From positions 62,001-126,000 of the IMG/VR virus record IMGVR_UViG_3300044645_002359: 64,000 nucleotides of DNA, one strand, 5' to 3'. Made by a program: the position numbers and the translations under genes. Positions 1 through 10,179 of the stretch are shown one piece after another. Position 1 is the first letter of the stretch. The number at the start of each line of letters is the position of its first letter. The notes beneath the pieces were generated by a model, which worked only from the letters and a program-made list of their open reading frames with translations, had not been told where the DNA came from and made no database searches.

Positions 1-30
1 CTTACAGTTCAAACAACCCTAACAAACAAA

Positions 31-858
31 ATGCCCGCATTTGCAGTCACAGACAACCTCAACTGGGAAGTTGAGCAGCGTCCCGTTTTCTTCCCTGATT
101 CCCAGGGTAATCCCGTCCGCTTCGAGGACCGGGTTGCTATTGTTCGCAGCGACAATGAGTTCCCCCTGGGTATCGTGTCCGAGGATTACGAAACGGTCCA
201 GAACAAAGACCTGCTTGGTCTCATCAACCCTATGGTTGAAGAAGGTCTGCTTACCATTGAAAACATGGGTTATCTGGCCCACGGCGCCAAAGTGTTCGCC
301 CAGGCTGAGATTAACCAAGAGTTCCGCGTGATCGGCGAAGATTACAAAGCTTTCATCACCCTGCTGAACGGTCACGTGGGTAATGCCTCTGTGGCTATCG
401 GTCCGGTGGCCACCCGCGTTATTTGCGGTAACACTTTCTCCATGGCATACTCTAACATTGGAGAGAAGTTCCGCCACTCTCTGGGTGTGAATGAGCGCAT
501 TCTTGAGAGCACCGCAGTGCTTGACTTTGTGAATAGCGCCATGGAAAAGTATTCCAAAAACGTTGAAACCATCGCCTCGGCAACTTGCACTTCCGCTCAA
601 TTCCGCACCTTCCTGGAAGCAACCTATAAGAAGGAAGCGGATAAGATGCGCAATGTGAACGTTCTCAACGATCTGTTCTACAACGGCGCTGGCAACGAAG
701 GTCGTACCTTCTACGACGCCATGAATGCGGTCACGGACTTCAGCTCCAATCGCAGCCGGAAGACTTCCTCTGGCCGCTTCGGCTACGCCAACTTCGGTCA
801 AGGTGCCTCCATCAACCAACGGGCGATGCGAGTGGCCCTGGAGATGGCGGCGGTCTGA
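31..858 (+). CDS. DUF932 / TIGR03299-like phage-plasmid protein
   Basis: LNWEVEQRP, LGIVSEDYETVQN, LLNGHVG, RVICGNT and H-S-L-G motifs typical of the family. Confidence 0.8.
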   Translation: MPAFAVTDNLNWEVEQRPVFFPDSQGNPVRFEDRVAIVRSDNEFPLGIVSEDYETVQNKDLLGLINPMVEEGLLTIENMGYLAHGAKVFAQAEINQEFRVIGEDYKAFITLLNGHVGNASVAIGPVATRVICGNTFSMAYSNIGEKFRHSLGVNERILESTAVLDFVNSAMEKYSKNVETIASATCTSAQFRTFLEATYKKEADKMRNVNVLNDLFYNGAGNEGRTFYDAMNAVTDFSSNRSRKTSSGRFGYANFGQGASINQRAMRVALEMAAV

Positions 859-872
859 CCTGAGCTTACAAG

Positions 873-900
873 GGTCACAGGGTTGTCCCTGTGGCCTTTT
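873..900 (+). terminator. Intrinsic terminator
   Basis: GGTCACAGGG-TTGT-CCCTGTGGCC followed by TTTT, just after the stop. Confidence 0.65.
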
Positions 901-925
901 CACACTGGTACACACCCTGTAAACT

Positions 926-1525
926 ATGAATATCGAAACGCTAGAAAAGTTCTGTTCGTCTTGGAGAACAAACTTTGAGAAGCCCTTCGTCTACGATAAA
1001 AAAACTTATTCTACTGATGGGCACATTCTCCTCCGTATCGACAGGATGCTAGAAGGTGTTGAAGAGAATCCTGACTTTCCTTATGACAGGATTAAGGAAA
1101 ACTTCGACGGATCTTTTTTGAACCCTGCTCCCTTGGCCGACTATCGCACTGAGGAGAAGACAGAGATCTGTCCCGAGTGTAATGGAAAAGGAATTGTGTC
1201 GACTTGCCCTGAATGTGCAGGAAGTAGGGAGGTAGAATGGGACTCCGGATGGAACTACTACACTGCTGAATGCCAATCTTGTGAAGGTACAGGGACCCTA
1301 GCTGACGGAGATTCGGGGGATGAATGCGATAACTGCGATGGAAAGGGAGTAATTGCGGTGAGAGAGACAGTACAGATTGGAAACTCAACTTTCACTAATC
1401 TCCTAATCAACAAACTTCTAAACAATTTGCCCGAAGACCTTGAGATCTTCCCGAGCACCGAGAAGCGAAAGCCAGCACTCCTGCGTTGGAATGGTGGTGA
1501 CGGTCTTCTTATGCCCCTCCTCTGA
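926..1525 (+). CDS. Phage protein with DnaJ-type CxxCxGxG zinc-finger repeats
   Basis: CPECNGKG, CPECAGSR, CQSCEGTG, CDNCDGKG. Confidence 0.7.
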   Translation: MNIETLEKFCSSWRTNFEKPFVYDKKTYSTDGHILLRIDRMLEGVEENPDFPYDRIKENFDGSFLNPAPLADYRTEEKTEICPECNGKGIVSTCPECAGSREVEWDSGWNYYTAECQSCEGTGTLADGDSGDECDNCDGKGVIAVRETVQIGNSTFTNLLINKLLNNLPEDLEIFPSTEKRKPALLRWNGGDGLLMPLL

Positions 1526-1557
1526 TTCACCTCGTAAACAACAAAACTCACAAAAAA

Positions 1558-2028
1558 ATGACAATCACCAACCTTGCACAATCCGCTCGCCTAAGCATTC
1601 AACTGGACACTTCCCCAGGTCTTCCAAAGCTGCCCCACATTCCCCGCAACATCCTCGCCGACAAACTGACTCCGGAACAGCAGGAGGCAAACCTCCTTCA
1701 CGTGTCTCTCTGGATCGTTGAGCGCGACCAGGGAAACTTGAAGATGAACTCGTGGCATGATTCTTGGGCGAACAATTTTGGCTGTGATTTGGATGGCAAG
1801 TACTGGAAGTGGTGCGGTGAACCCTCCTATAAGGAAGGTTTCTACAGCTGCGGTACCGTTCACTGCATTGCCGGTTTCGCCCAGGCAATGGCCGGAGAGG
1901 TGGCGTTTGCTACGTACCCGGCTGCTGCCGGTGAGCACCTGCTCGGAATAGAAGCTGCCTGCCACTTTAACGACAAAGAACACACAGCACTGCAATACCT
2001 GAATAAAGTCATCGCCCGCAACTCCTGA
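1558..2028 (+). CDS. Hypothetical phage protein (CGTVHCIAG motif)
   Basis: ORF on coding strand with a recurrent phage motif. Confidence 0.55.
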   Translation: MTITNLAQSARLSIQLDTSPGLPKLPHIPRNILADKLTPEQQEANLLHVSLWIVERDQGNLKMNSWHDSWANNFGCDLDGKYWKWCGEPSYKEGFYSCGTVHCIAGFAQAMAGEVAFATYPAAAGEHLLGIEAACHFNDKEHTALQYLNKVIARNS

Positions 2029-2176
2029 ACTAACCTGAATCGAAAAACGTGAACATCCGCCCCCATGCCTTCCTGCAATCCGTCCGATTTATCGAGAGGG
2101 GTGGCACCATCTTAATGCCAAAAGACTTAACCCTGGCAACAAACGCAAACATTCGTTTCCTACTTAAAGACCAAAA

Positions 2177-3195
2177 ATGCAAATCACATACAAAGCCCCA
2201 ACTGCCATTGAACGCACAGTCGAACTTGACGAGTCCGAGTTGCCGCCCCTATATGCTGCAATCCGAGACTGCTTCCTACAACGTCTCAGAACTTTTGGAT
2301 TGGCGGACCCTTACTTACCCTTCGAAGAGGCAGCGATTGAAGTCTGCCGTAAAGTTGGTGTGGACCCGTCTAATCGCTTCGATGTAGTTGCATTCTTTGA
2401 TGGTTTTCTTATTGGCGGGGAACCTGAAAATTCTAGTGAGGTAGAAAACAATGGAAATGAATGACTTTTACGATTATATCGTTGAGTATGAGGTTGAAAG
2501 TATTGAAGAAGAGTTTTTCCTGAGGTCCATAAAGAACATTTGTGATTCAGTTCCTGCAGAACATACGCCACTACTGTTATGGAAATGCGTTCTAGATATG
2601 TACAGGTTTTCGGTCCAAAGTGGAGACGCAATGTCTGAAGCTAAGAGAGTAATTGACGGGCAGACTAGGCTTTTAGTGGAGAATGACAATGCAATGACTG
2701 AAGCACAAATAGTTTTTGAGAAAATTTCAAAACAGATGAAATCACAAGAAGTCGGCGATGGAAACTAAAATAACTAGCTTGAGAGTAACTGAAAGGGTTA
2801 CAAAATCCAAAGGCAACTACCCCGATATTCCATTCCTAATAGTCGATATAACTTGGAAAATCTCTGAAGGTGACTTTTATTTTTTCAGGTTTCTAAGGGA
2901 TTCACACGATGTGATTGAAGGACTGGCAATTGATAACCCTTTATCTTACGGTCTGTGTGGAGTCCCGACAAAGTTCACGAAGGTTTGGACTCCCCATGAC
3001 CAAAAGTGGGTGTATCTGGAGAAGTTCCAAACTTTTTGGATGAAAGCATGGGTTTCTGATTGCCCTGTAGTTAGGATAGTGCTAGATGAACTAAGGCATT
3101 TTCATCAAACTGGTGAGTTCTCGTCGGTTTACAGGTTCTACAAAGAATCCACTCTCTATGCCCATTTGTCTACGTTGGATTCTTTCATGGATTAA
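2177..3195 (+). CDS. Three hypothetical proteins (2177-2464, 2451-2768, 2758-3195)
   Basis: Tightly overlapping plus-strand ORFs. Confidence 0.55.
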
Positions 3196-3221
3196 ACAGG
3201 GTAAAATTAGCTAGGTCAACT

Positions 3222-3512
3222 ATGGAAAACTTGGAAAAGAACGACGAAAATCCAGAGTGTTGCCGCCGCAGTTTCGGTGCCTCTCTCAAAGATACCGCCG
3301 CTAGATTGCTGGCCGACCCTACAATTGCCCCTCGCCAAGTTGCGAAAGATAGGTTAGCAATTTGCGAAAGTAATGTTTGCGGAGCGTTTAACGAAAAGAG
3401 TTCAACTTGTGAGCAATGTGGATGCTATATGCCATTAAAAACGACGATGGCGAACATGAGGTGCCCACGAGATTATTGGACTGAATGGAAGAGAGGGCAA
3501 AGTGAAGATTGA
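3222..3512 (+). CDS. Cys-rich DUF6171-like protein
   Basis: RLAICxxxxC...TCEQCGCYM.LK....RCP..W. Confidence 0.6.
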   Translation: MENLEKNDENPECCRRSFGASLKDTAARLLADPTIAPRQVAKDRLAICESNVCGAFNEKSSTCEQCGCYMPLKTTMANMRCPRDYWTEWKRGQSED

Positions 3513-3789
3513 TCGCCTAACCTTCAAAGTCTGGCCATCCGAGTTCGTTAAAGACTTTTTGCAAGCTGACAACGAAGTGAGACTCCCATGGTTGCAAAGA
3601 CAGCCCGGTTTCCTGAACAAAACTTCCGAGTTCAAAGCGAATGGTGAAGTTTCTATCCTGATTTTCTGGAAAAGTGATTCAGATTGGTCCGAAGCTAAGA
3701 AAAAAGTTCTCGAGTTGGAAAACGTAGAGCGTTTACTGAAACAACGCTCTCCGGGTTCTTTTAGACTCATAAGTTCACTTTCTCTTTGA
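3502..3789 (+). CDS. TIGR03792-like cyanobacterial ABM-fold protein
   Basis: L.FKV...F..AD.EV...WL..QPGFL.K...I.W pattern. Confidence 0.6.
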   Translation: MKIDRLTFKVWPSEFVKDFLQADNEVRLPWLQRQPGFLNKTSEFKANGEVSILIFWKSDSDWSEAKKKVLELENVERLLKQRSPGSFRLISSLSL

Positions 3790-3834
3790 GAGAGAGTTTA
3801 CCTCTTCTCAGTCAACGCTAGACTAAATGTGAAT

Positions 3835-3906
3835 GCCCTGGTAGCTCAGTGGAAGAGCAGCGACCTTCTAAGTCGTCGGTCGGGGGTTCGAATCCCTCTC
3901 AGGGTG
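3835..3906 (+). tRNA. tRNA-Arg(TCT)
   Basis: Cloverleaf: GCCCTGG/TCAGGGT acceptor, GCGAC-CT TCT AA-GTCGT, TTCGAAT T-loop; no encoded CCA. Confidence 0.95.
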
Positions 3907-4151
3907 TCGGTTGCTTTCGCAACCCTATCAAACAACAACATATCAAATGGCAAATCTTTCTCTAACCGCGAGAGCAGCAAGGATCTCTACCAAGAGCCCT
4001 TCTGGAGCTAATCTCTTGCTGAAGCTTGGCGAAGCTAAGACTAAGTCAGAAGTCCAACTGGCTTTGGAAGAATACGACAGAGCTCTAACTTCGAACTGAT
4101 TCACTTGTCAGGGTTGGCCTAAACGTGAACAACCCTGACGTTTCAACTCAT

Positions 4152-4241
4152 GGGCGTGTGGTGTACGGTAGCACAGGGTCCCTTATGAAGACCACTCCGG
4201 CAGATTACCGGCTAGTTAGGGTTCGACTCCCTACGCGCCTA
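4152..4241 (+). tRNA. Atypical tRNA, probably Ile(TAT), with long variable arm
   Basis: GGGCGTG/CGCGCCT acceptor; GGTC/GACC stem around C-CTTATGA-A; V-arm CCGG-CAGATTA-CCGG; TAGGG-TTCGACT-CCCTA. Confidence 0.8.
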
Positions 4242-4325
4242 TTTGATTTTGGGTAATAATGACCATGCTTTGTAACCAAAGCATTAACAACCTGCATTAG
4301 CAATCTACGCTAACAACGACAAAAA

Positions 4326-4871
4326 ATGGCAAACACCAATCTAATTAAAAAACTAACGGAAAAATGGTCTCAGCCTGATAGTATGCCTGGTAAAGGATAC
4401 GAACTGGTTAAAGCCCTAAAGCAAGATTATTATGTACAGCCCTTATCATTTTGCAATCTAGAAAATTCATCTTCGAAAGAAGGGTCTGAATGGGCCATCT
4501 CAGGTGGGAGAGAAGAGAAGTTCAAGCCAAGATTCAACGCACCCAAAGGTTTCAATTCATAAGCCATGTCACTAATTTCCAAACAAGATAAAGAACTCGC
4601 AATCGAAGCCCTTGATTTTTACGCATCAGAGTTAATCTTAGAAAGGGAATTTCTCACCTCAGGGGTAGATTCCAAACTTGGATACGTCTCCGCAGGCTAT
4701 GATTCTGCTCAAAACGATATTATTCTAAATGAGGTTGACTCCTTAGCCAAGGCTGGCATTCACTGCGAAAGTTCCAATGCTCGTGCAGTTTTGTCTAACA
4801 AGATTCGGAGCGTTCAAACCCTTAAAAACTGGATTGCATTGGACCTTGCCAAGTCTAATTTGAAAGGTTAG
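4326..4871 (+). CDS. Two hypothetical proteins (4326-4562, 4566-4871)
   Basis: Plus-strand ORFs between tRNAs. Confidence 0.5.
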
Positions 4872-4920
4872 TGCGCCGGGGGAGGGTAAAATTGAGGGTA
4901 GGTCTACCCCCCCTTCAGCC

Positions 4921-5841
4921 GTGAAACTCGAAGCCGTTATTGTTTGCGTCAACTACTCTGACTTTTTGGCGCATACCCTACCAAGTACCAGAAATCAATT
5001 CGATAAACTTGTAGTTGTTACCGATACTAAGGATAACGATACTAAGAAGCTATGCGAATACTACAATGTAGAATGTGTTCAAACAGACGTATTCTATGAG
5101 GGGGGAGACGCATTTAATAAAGGTAAGGGTATCAATGCCGGTTTAGAGCGATTGGACCTTGATGGCTGGGTTATTCACTTAGATTCAGACATTTACTTGC
5201 CACCTCAAACACGGTCGATTCTAGAGAATTTGCCTCTAGATAATGGGAAAATCTACGGGGCTGACCGTCTAATGTGCCCTGGTTACGAAGAGTGGTTGAG
5301 ATTCTTAGATAAACCCTCCCCTATTCAAGACTCTTGGATTTTCATCCACCCTACAAGATTCCCGGTCGGAGTCCGAATCGCAGAGTATAAAACTTGGCAC
5401 GGTGGCTATGAACCAATTGGCTACTTCCAGCTATGGAATCCAGAAGGGTCAGGTATTCACCGTTACCCGAATGAACACGGGTTCGCCGACCGTACAGATG
5501 TTCTGCATTGCAAAAAATGGCCTAGAGAAAAAAGAGAATTGCTTCCTGAAATTCTCGTTATACACCTAGAAAGCGAAGCAGGAATAGGTCTAAATTGGAA
5601 AGGCAGAAAGACTCCAATGTTTGGGCCAAAAGCCACCTTGCCAACCCTATCTTGGCTGGACAAACTATTTTTATTCTTAAATAAATTAAGCAAGTGCGGT
5701 TACAAACCTAACCTTAAAGTCTCAAAGGAATCAAAGAAAGAAAAATTAAGTAAGTTAGAACAAGGTGAGATAAAAGTCATAGGTGCAGGCTCAATTGAAG
5801 GTCCATTAGATGACTCATTGGAAGAGTGGCTGAGAGGCTGA
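4921..5841 (+). CDS. GT-A fold (GT2-like) glycosyltransferase
   Basis: VIVCVNYSDFL, FNKGKGIN, DxD motif HLDSDI, GYFQL. Confidence 0.75.
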   Translation: MKLEAVIVCVNYSDFLAHTLPSTRNQFDKLVVVTDTKDNDTKKLCEYYNVECVQTDVFYEGGDAFNKGKGINAGLERLDLDGWVIHLDSDIYLPPQTRSILENLPLDNGKIYGADRLMCPGYEEWLRFLDKPSPIQDSWIFIHPTRFPVGVRIAEYKTWHGGYEPIGYFQLWNPEGSGIHRYPNEHGFADRTDVLHCKKWPREKRELLPEILVIHLESEAGIGLNWKGRKTPMFGPKATLPTLSWLDKLFLFLNKLSKCGYKPNLKVSKESKKEKLSKLEQGEIKVIGAGSIEGPLDDSLEEWLRG

Positions 5842-5904
5842 TAGCAGCAGTTTCGAAAACTGCAGAGGGTTAAACCTCCGGGGGTTCAAATCCCTCCTCT
5901 TCCG
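5820..5904 (+). tRNA. tRNA-Ser(CGA)
   Basis: GGAAGAG/CTCTTCC acceptor, GCAGT-TT CGA AA-ACTGC, long V-arm, G discriminator. Confidence 0.93.
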
Positions 5905-5942
5905 TTTACGGTTTTTTCCGATGAATAATAATAAGTTCAGCG

Positions 5943-6212
5943 GTGCTGAAGAAACCGTCTTACACAAAATTTAACATGACAATTGAAAACAAAACAGACT
6001 TCGTGAACGAAGTTATTTCACGAGTGCTTAGCAATGCCCCTGTGAGCGAAGTTATGAGAGTTTATTCTCTATCGGTCCAGGCAGCAATTGAAGAACTTGA
6101 CGACGAAGGATTCCTTCAAGCTGTTCTTAACGCGGGGTACACAGACTTAATTGAAAAGTATGTCGAACCCGAAGACTTTTTCGAAGAGGGAGAGCTTGCA
6201 GAGGTTATCTGA
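5943..6212 (+). CDS. Hypothetical acidic protein
   Basis: ORF track; true start possibly the internal ATG (MTIENK). Confidence 0.5.
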   Translation: MLKKPSYTKFNMTIENKTDFVNEVISRVLSNAPVSEVMRVYSLSVQAAIEELDDEGFLQAVLNAGYTDLIEKYVEPEDFFEEGELAEVI

Positions 6213-6218
6213 CGAAGA

Positions 6219-6290
6219 CGGTTAACCGAACGGAAACTGACGGTTTCCTCCCTTGTTTTGCTCCGGCGAAACCGCTATAGTAGGTTCATG
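6219..6290 (+). promoter_or_regulatory. Operator-promoter module copy 1
   Basis: CGGTTAACCG; TTGTTT-17-TATAGT-6-ATG(6288). Confidence 0.8.
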
Positions 6291-6309
6291 AACGAGCCTA
6301 CTTTTACGT

Positions 6310-6807
6310 ATGAAGAGAGCCATTCAAATTAAAGGAAGGGTTTCTCTGCCAGAGGACACTCTTCACCGATTGTTTAAGATTGCGAACAAAATTGTTGTTC
6401 CTTCCAGTTGGACCCTCGGTGAAGTGGGTTCCAGGGCTCAACCCCCTTGGCTTCTACCTCTAGTGGAAGAAGCTTTAGTAAGGTTAAACTCACAAGGATC
6501 CCGTAAGTTTCGGTTCCTGAGTAAGGACTCCCCGGCCATGAGGGAAATCTCGGCAATTGCTTATGGAAAAGGTTCCGTACCGACGCACACGGACCACGTC
6601 TCGGGGTTATCTCTGCTGACTTTCCTTGGTGGTTCTCTTGAAGATAGCGACGGATGTCATCTTGTGGCAGAGGGAGAGTTCTACGCTGGAGGGCAAATGG
6701 TAACCCTTAACGCTGGACAGTCGCTTGTTTTCGACGACAGTGAGCCTCACTCTTGGATGCATAACGGTTACTGGTTTTTTGCTTGCAATGCGCTTGAGAA
6801 AGTTTAG
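6310..6807 (+). CDS. Small 2OG-Fe(II)/DSBH-like oxygenase A
   Basis: PTHTD...GLSLL...LVFDDSEPHSW (HxD...H). Confidence 0.6.
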   Translation: MKRAIQIKGRVSLPEDTLHRLFKIANKIVVPSSWTLGEVGSRAQPPWLLPLVEEALVRLNSQGSRKFRFLSKDSPAMREISAIAYGKGSVPTHTDHVSGLSLLTFLGGSLEDSDGCHLVAEGEFYAGGQMVTLNAGQSLVFDDSEPHSWMHNGYWFFACNALEKV

Positions 6808-7028
6808 CATGGCAAAATACTACCCCTGAAAGCTTTCGTTGAACTTGTGGCAGAAGCCACTTTGCATAACTATTTGAACAGTGGAACCGACCGAGTCACA
6901 GAGCCACACTGGCCATCCGTCATATACGAAATTTCCGAAGTTAAGCTAGAGAGGAAAGTCCGGCGAGGGCCGGAAAGAATGAAAGCAAAGCACTACGAAA
7001 GTTCCAACCAGTAACCAGATACCAATAA

Positions 7029-7610
7029 ATGAAAACGAACAGCGTTCTCTGTCAAATTGACCGGCGCGGTCGCTTGAGCAAGCCCGAAACTCTGAGGGAT
7101 TATGGCAAACTTAGAGACCACATGATTCAGCGACCTTGGGAGTTGCTGAGCGACGAGACTTTTATAGATTTAATTACCGAAAAGGGTTGTACCTTTCACG
7201 GGTGCTTGTTTAAGGGTCTTGATCTCATGGAGCTACAGTACCAGCGTCTTTGCTGGCACACTCAAACCCTCATCGGCGTAGACTTTGATAAGTGTAAAAT
7301 TCACCCGGAGGAAATGACAGACCTTTACTCACACTTGGGCTACCGACCTTGGATTGCCTATCGGACTTTCTCTGACGGGGAATTTCAGGGGAGGAATTCT
7401 TACCGACTGCTGTGGAAAGTCTGCGTCAATTTAAATGTTTCCTACGAACGAACCCATGCTTTCATCAAAGCCTTCGCAGCACTTGCCGGAGAAGGCATCG
7501 CCGACAAACACAGTATGGACCCCAGTCGAATGTGGCAGGGTAGCCGAAAAGGCTTCACCCATTACGACCCGGAATCCCCTTCACTAGACCTGCAATGCTC
7601 AGTACTTTGA
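7029..7610 (+). CDS. Primase/AEP-like domain protein
   Basis: IGVDFD, YRTFS, SYRLLW, DPSRMW resemble prim-pol-like domains. Confidence 0.4.
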   Translation: MKTNSVLCQIDRRGRLSKPETLRDYGKLRDHMIQRPWELLSDETFIDLITEKGCTFHGCLFKGLDLMELQYQRLCWHTQTLIGVDFDKCKIHPEEMTDLYSHLGYRPWIAYRTFSDGEFQGRNSYRLLWKVCVNLNVSYERTHAFIKAFAALAGEGIADKHSMDPSRMWQGSRKGFTHYDPESPSLDLQCSVL

Positions 7611-8113
7611 CCGAAATTACTGTGGTTTCCCGGTACCTCTACGTCACAAGTGAGATGGCAGAAGACCTTGTAAGAGAAGCAAGAAGTTACCCGGAAGAGT
7701 GGTCATTCGGTGCTGTCGACGTGGCGAAACTTCCGGAATCTTGTCAGCACTTGGGGCAACAAGCGATTGAGTCTTTGAACGAAGAGACAAGAGATTTCAC
7801 ATGGAGTCTCGGCGGTCAGTCACATGCAAAACCAGCAATGGCGTTTGGCCGTGGGAGCATCCCTTTCCATATTGACGAAATTACGGGGTTGACTTTGCTG
7901 ATTCTCGTATATTGCCGCCCTTTGCAGTTTAACCAGGCTGCTCACGACAATTTAACTTTGTCCGGTCAATTCTTATCGGAAGACGGGTACACCCCATTGA
8001 CCCTGGGAAAAGCTCTAGTCTTTAACGATTGCAAACCCCACGCCTGGTTGACAAACTCGGCCTGGGCCTTCGCTACGTTCCCTGTCGTAAAGGAGCGCAG
8101 GTACGCTCTCTGA
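7595..8113 (+). CDS. Small 2OG-Fe(II)/DSBH-like oxygenase B (paralog of 6310)
   Basis: PFHID...GLTLL...LVFNDCKPHAW. Confidence 0.6.
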   Translation: MLSTLTEITVVSRYLYVTSEMAEDLVREARSYPEEWSFGAVDVAKLPESCQHLGQQAIESLNEETRDFTWSLGGQSHAKPAMAFGRGSIPFHIDEITGLTLLILVYCRPLQFNQAAHDNLTLSGQFLSEDGYTPLTLGKALVFNDCKPHAWLTNSAWAFATFPVVKERRYAL

Positions 8114-8226
8114 GGCCCTGTAAGAGCCTTCGCTCCGCTCCGCCCCCCGACCCCCTGGCCCAGCTCTGAAGCTCCCCTCTCGGCCTTCTAGGCCCCCTTC
8201 ACAAAGTTCACCCTATTGCCTTAAAA

Positions 8227-8748
8227 GTGAGAAGCAAAATTGCTTTAACGTTCGGCCGGTTCAATATCGGTCACTCAGGCCATGTTGAGCTGATTGAGAA
8301 ATTGCTCATCCACGGCGATATTGCCAAAGTGTACGTATCGTCCGGTGGGAAGAACAACGACTGGAACCTTCGCGTTCTCCTCCTGCGCACGTTGTGTCGC
8401 CAAGCGGGACTTGACCTAAACAGGGTATCATTTCTCAAGGCCATTAATCCTTTCAAGGCTCTCTCCGAGACTTTAGAAGGTTGTGACCCTGAGAACGTTT
8501 CTCTGGTTCTCGGCTCTGACCAAGTTACGATTGGAAGGGAACTTTCGCAAAGATTCGACGTTTTCTTCTTTGAAAATGGAAGAAGTAGTTCAAGCACTGA
8601 AGTGAGAAAGATCCTAGACAGGGGTGCAACCTTAACCCTTTACTCCAATAACCGATACGCCTTGAAACTTGCAAAACTCTTGAGACACGAGGAAACTTCA
8701 AATGAAAAGTTCAGAAAAACTCAAAGAAAAACTAAGAACCCTGCTTAA
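8227..8748 (+). CDS. Cytidylyltransferase-like (HIGH) nucleotidyltransferase
   Basis: TFGRFNIGHSGH, LVLGSDQ, SSTEVR. Confidence 0.75.
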   Translation: MRSKIALTFGRFNIGHSGHVELIEKLLIHGDIAKVYVSSGGKNNDWNLRVLLLRTLCRQAGLDLNRVSFLKAINPFKALSETLEGCDPENVSLVLGSDQVTIGRELSQRFDVFFFENGRSSSSTEVRKILDRGATLTLYSNNRYALKLAKLLRHEETSNEKFRKTQRKTKNPA

Positions 8749-8930
8749 GAACTACCCTGGGCTTAAGGTCAGTGCTCGCTGGCCTTGGGAAGAACAAACC
8801 TTTCAGGAAATTGCCTGGGTGGTTCAAGACTACGTGAACAACAGTGGGGACGTAATCAACGAGGATCCGCTGCAAGAGTGGATTGAAGAGTACAACTTTT
8901 TCCGGTTTGAAGTTGAAAAGTAAGCTCGGG

Positions 8931-9002
8931 CGGTAAACCGAACGGAAACTTTCGGCTTCCCACCTTGGCTCTGGCTCGCAAACCAGGTATAGTTGTTGTA
9001 TG
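8931..9002 (+). promoter_or_regulatory. Operator-promoter module copy 2
   Basis: CGGTAAACCG; TTGGCT-17-TATAGT-6-ATG(9000). Confidence 0.85.
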
Positions 9003-9461
9003 AACGAACTCGAAGCCTACGTGATGGTCGGTGCCCCTGGCTCTGGAAAGTCGACCCAAGTTTCTAAGCTGGTCGCCAGCCACCCGGATGCCATTGTGAT
9101 TTCCGGTGATGATATCCGCGCTGAACTCTACGGCGACGCAAACATCCAAGGCAATTACGTCGAAATTCACGACCGTATGCTGGAAATTCTCGAAGAGAAT
9201 GTCGGTCGCACCGTAATCATGGATGGCACCCACTACAGGGCCGCTTACCGCAAGGAAGCTATCGCTATGCTGAACTCATACGGGTACAACAAAGTTGTTG
9301 CTGTAGTAGTCGACAAACCTCTTGCTGTTTGCTTGCGACAGAACTCTTTGCGGGACCGTAAAGTTCCCGAGCATGTGATTGAGCGCATGCACAACTCTTT
9401 GCAAGCTTCCCTCAAGAGCATCATCAACGAACCCTTCCACCGAATTGACTTTATATACTGA
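9000..9461 (+). CDS. AAA_33 P-loop kinase (polynucleotide-kinase-like)
   Basis: GAPGSGKST, DDIR, R-N-R..R.VPEHVI. Confidence 0.85.
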   Translation: MNELEAYVMVGAPGSGKSTQVSKLVASHPDAIVISGDDIRAELYGDANIQGNYVEIHDRMLEILEENVGRTVIMDGTHYRAAYRKEAIAMLNSYGYNKVVAVVVDKPLAVCLRQNSLRDRKVPEHVIERMHNSLQASLKSIINEPFHRIDFIY

Positions 9462-9465
9462 CGCA

Positions 9466-10179
9466 ATGATCACCTACAGCAACAAATTACATCAAGGTGA
9501 CGTAGTTGCCCTCGGGGATATTCACGCGACCTGGACTCTTTTTGGGCAATTTCTGAGTTGGGTGAAAGACTCTCGGGCTACAGTCATCCTTTTGGGGGAT
9601 ATGTGTGACCGTGGCGGTGGCGACCTGAAAGTTTTAGAGCAGGTGAAAAGGCTCCTTAACGGTCCGGAGGACTGGGGGCTTCAAGCCTTTTATGCCCTGA
9701 TGGGAAACCATGAGAGAATGTTTCTTGATGCCATGTTGGGTGATCCTCATGGTCAAGGTTACCACTTGTGGATACAAAACGGGGGCAATTTTGATCAGGC
9801 ACCTGAGATGGTGAAAGAGCACGCAGCCTGGATAAAAGAACTACCAATCTACATGACCATCGGTGATACTTTATTTGTACACGGGGGTATTTACCCTGGT
9901 CACGACCCAGCTAAAGCTGTTGCGGAGAAACGAGGAGATGCTCTTCTGTGGATGCGCCAACCTTTCCTCACGTTTGGCCCTGAGTTCGAACTTTGGAACC
10001 CTAACTTAAAGAGGGTTGTTCACGGTCACACACCCACGGTTTTTGAAGAAGGTGGTCAAGATCGCGTGCCAATTCACAAAGGCGACAGGGTGAATATTGA
10101 CACCGGTGCTTACGCTCGTAAAGGGTGCCTCACTGCCTACAACGTTACTCAAGATACCTTTTGCCAGTTCTTCCGTTAG
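9466..10179 (+). CDS. Calcineurin-like Ser/Thr phosphatase
   Basis: GDIH, GDMCDRG, GNHE, HGHTP, IDTGA. Confidence 0.9.
   Translation: MITYSNKLHQGDVVALGDIHATWTLFGQFLSWVKDSRATVILLGDMCDRGGGDLKVLEQVKRLLNGPEDWGLQAFYALMGNHERMFLDAMLGDPHGQGYHLWIQNGGNFDQAPEMVKEHAAWIKELPIYMTIGDTLFVHGGIYPGHDPAKAVAEKRGDALLWMRQPFLTFGPEFELWNPNLKRVVHGHTPTVFEEGGQDRVPIHKGDRVNIDTGAYARKGCLTAYNVTQDTFCQFFR

Noticed and set aside
19-915. Long minus-strand ORF and the many other antisense ORFs in the track
   Set aside because: They shadow well-supported plus-strand genes; only 26678-27088 has recognisable motifs
6805-7014. TAG readthrough or alternative genetic code
   Set aside because: Complete genes end cleanly at TAG (10179, 28802, 54696), no suppressor tRNA seen, and a homopolymer indel explains this case
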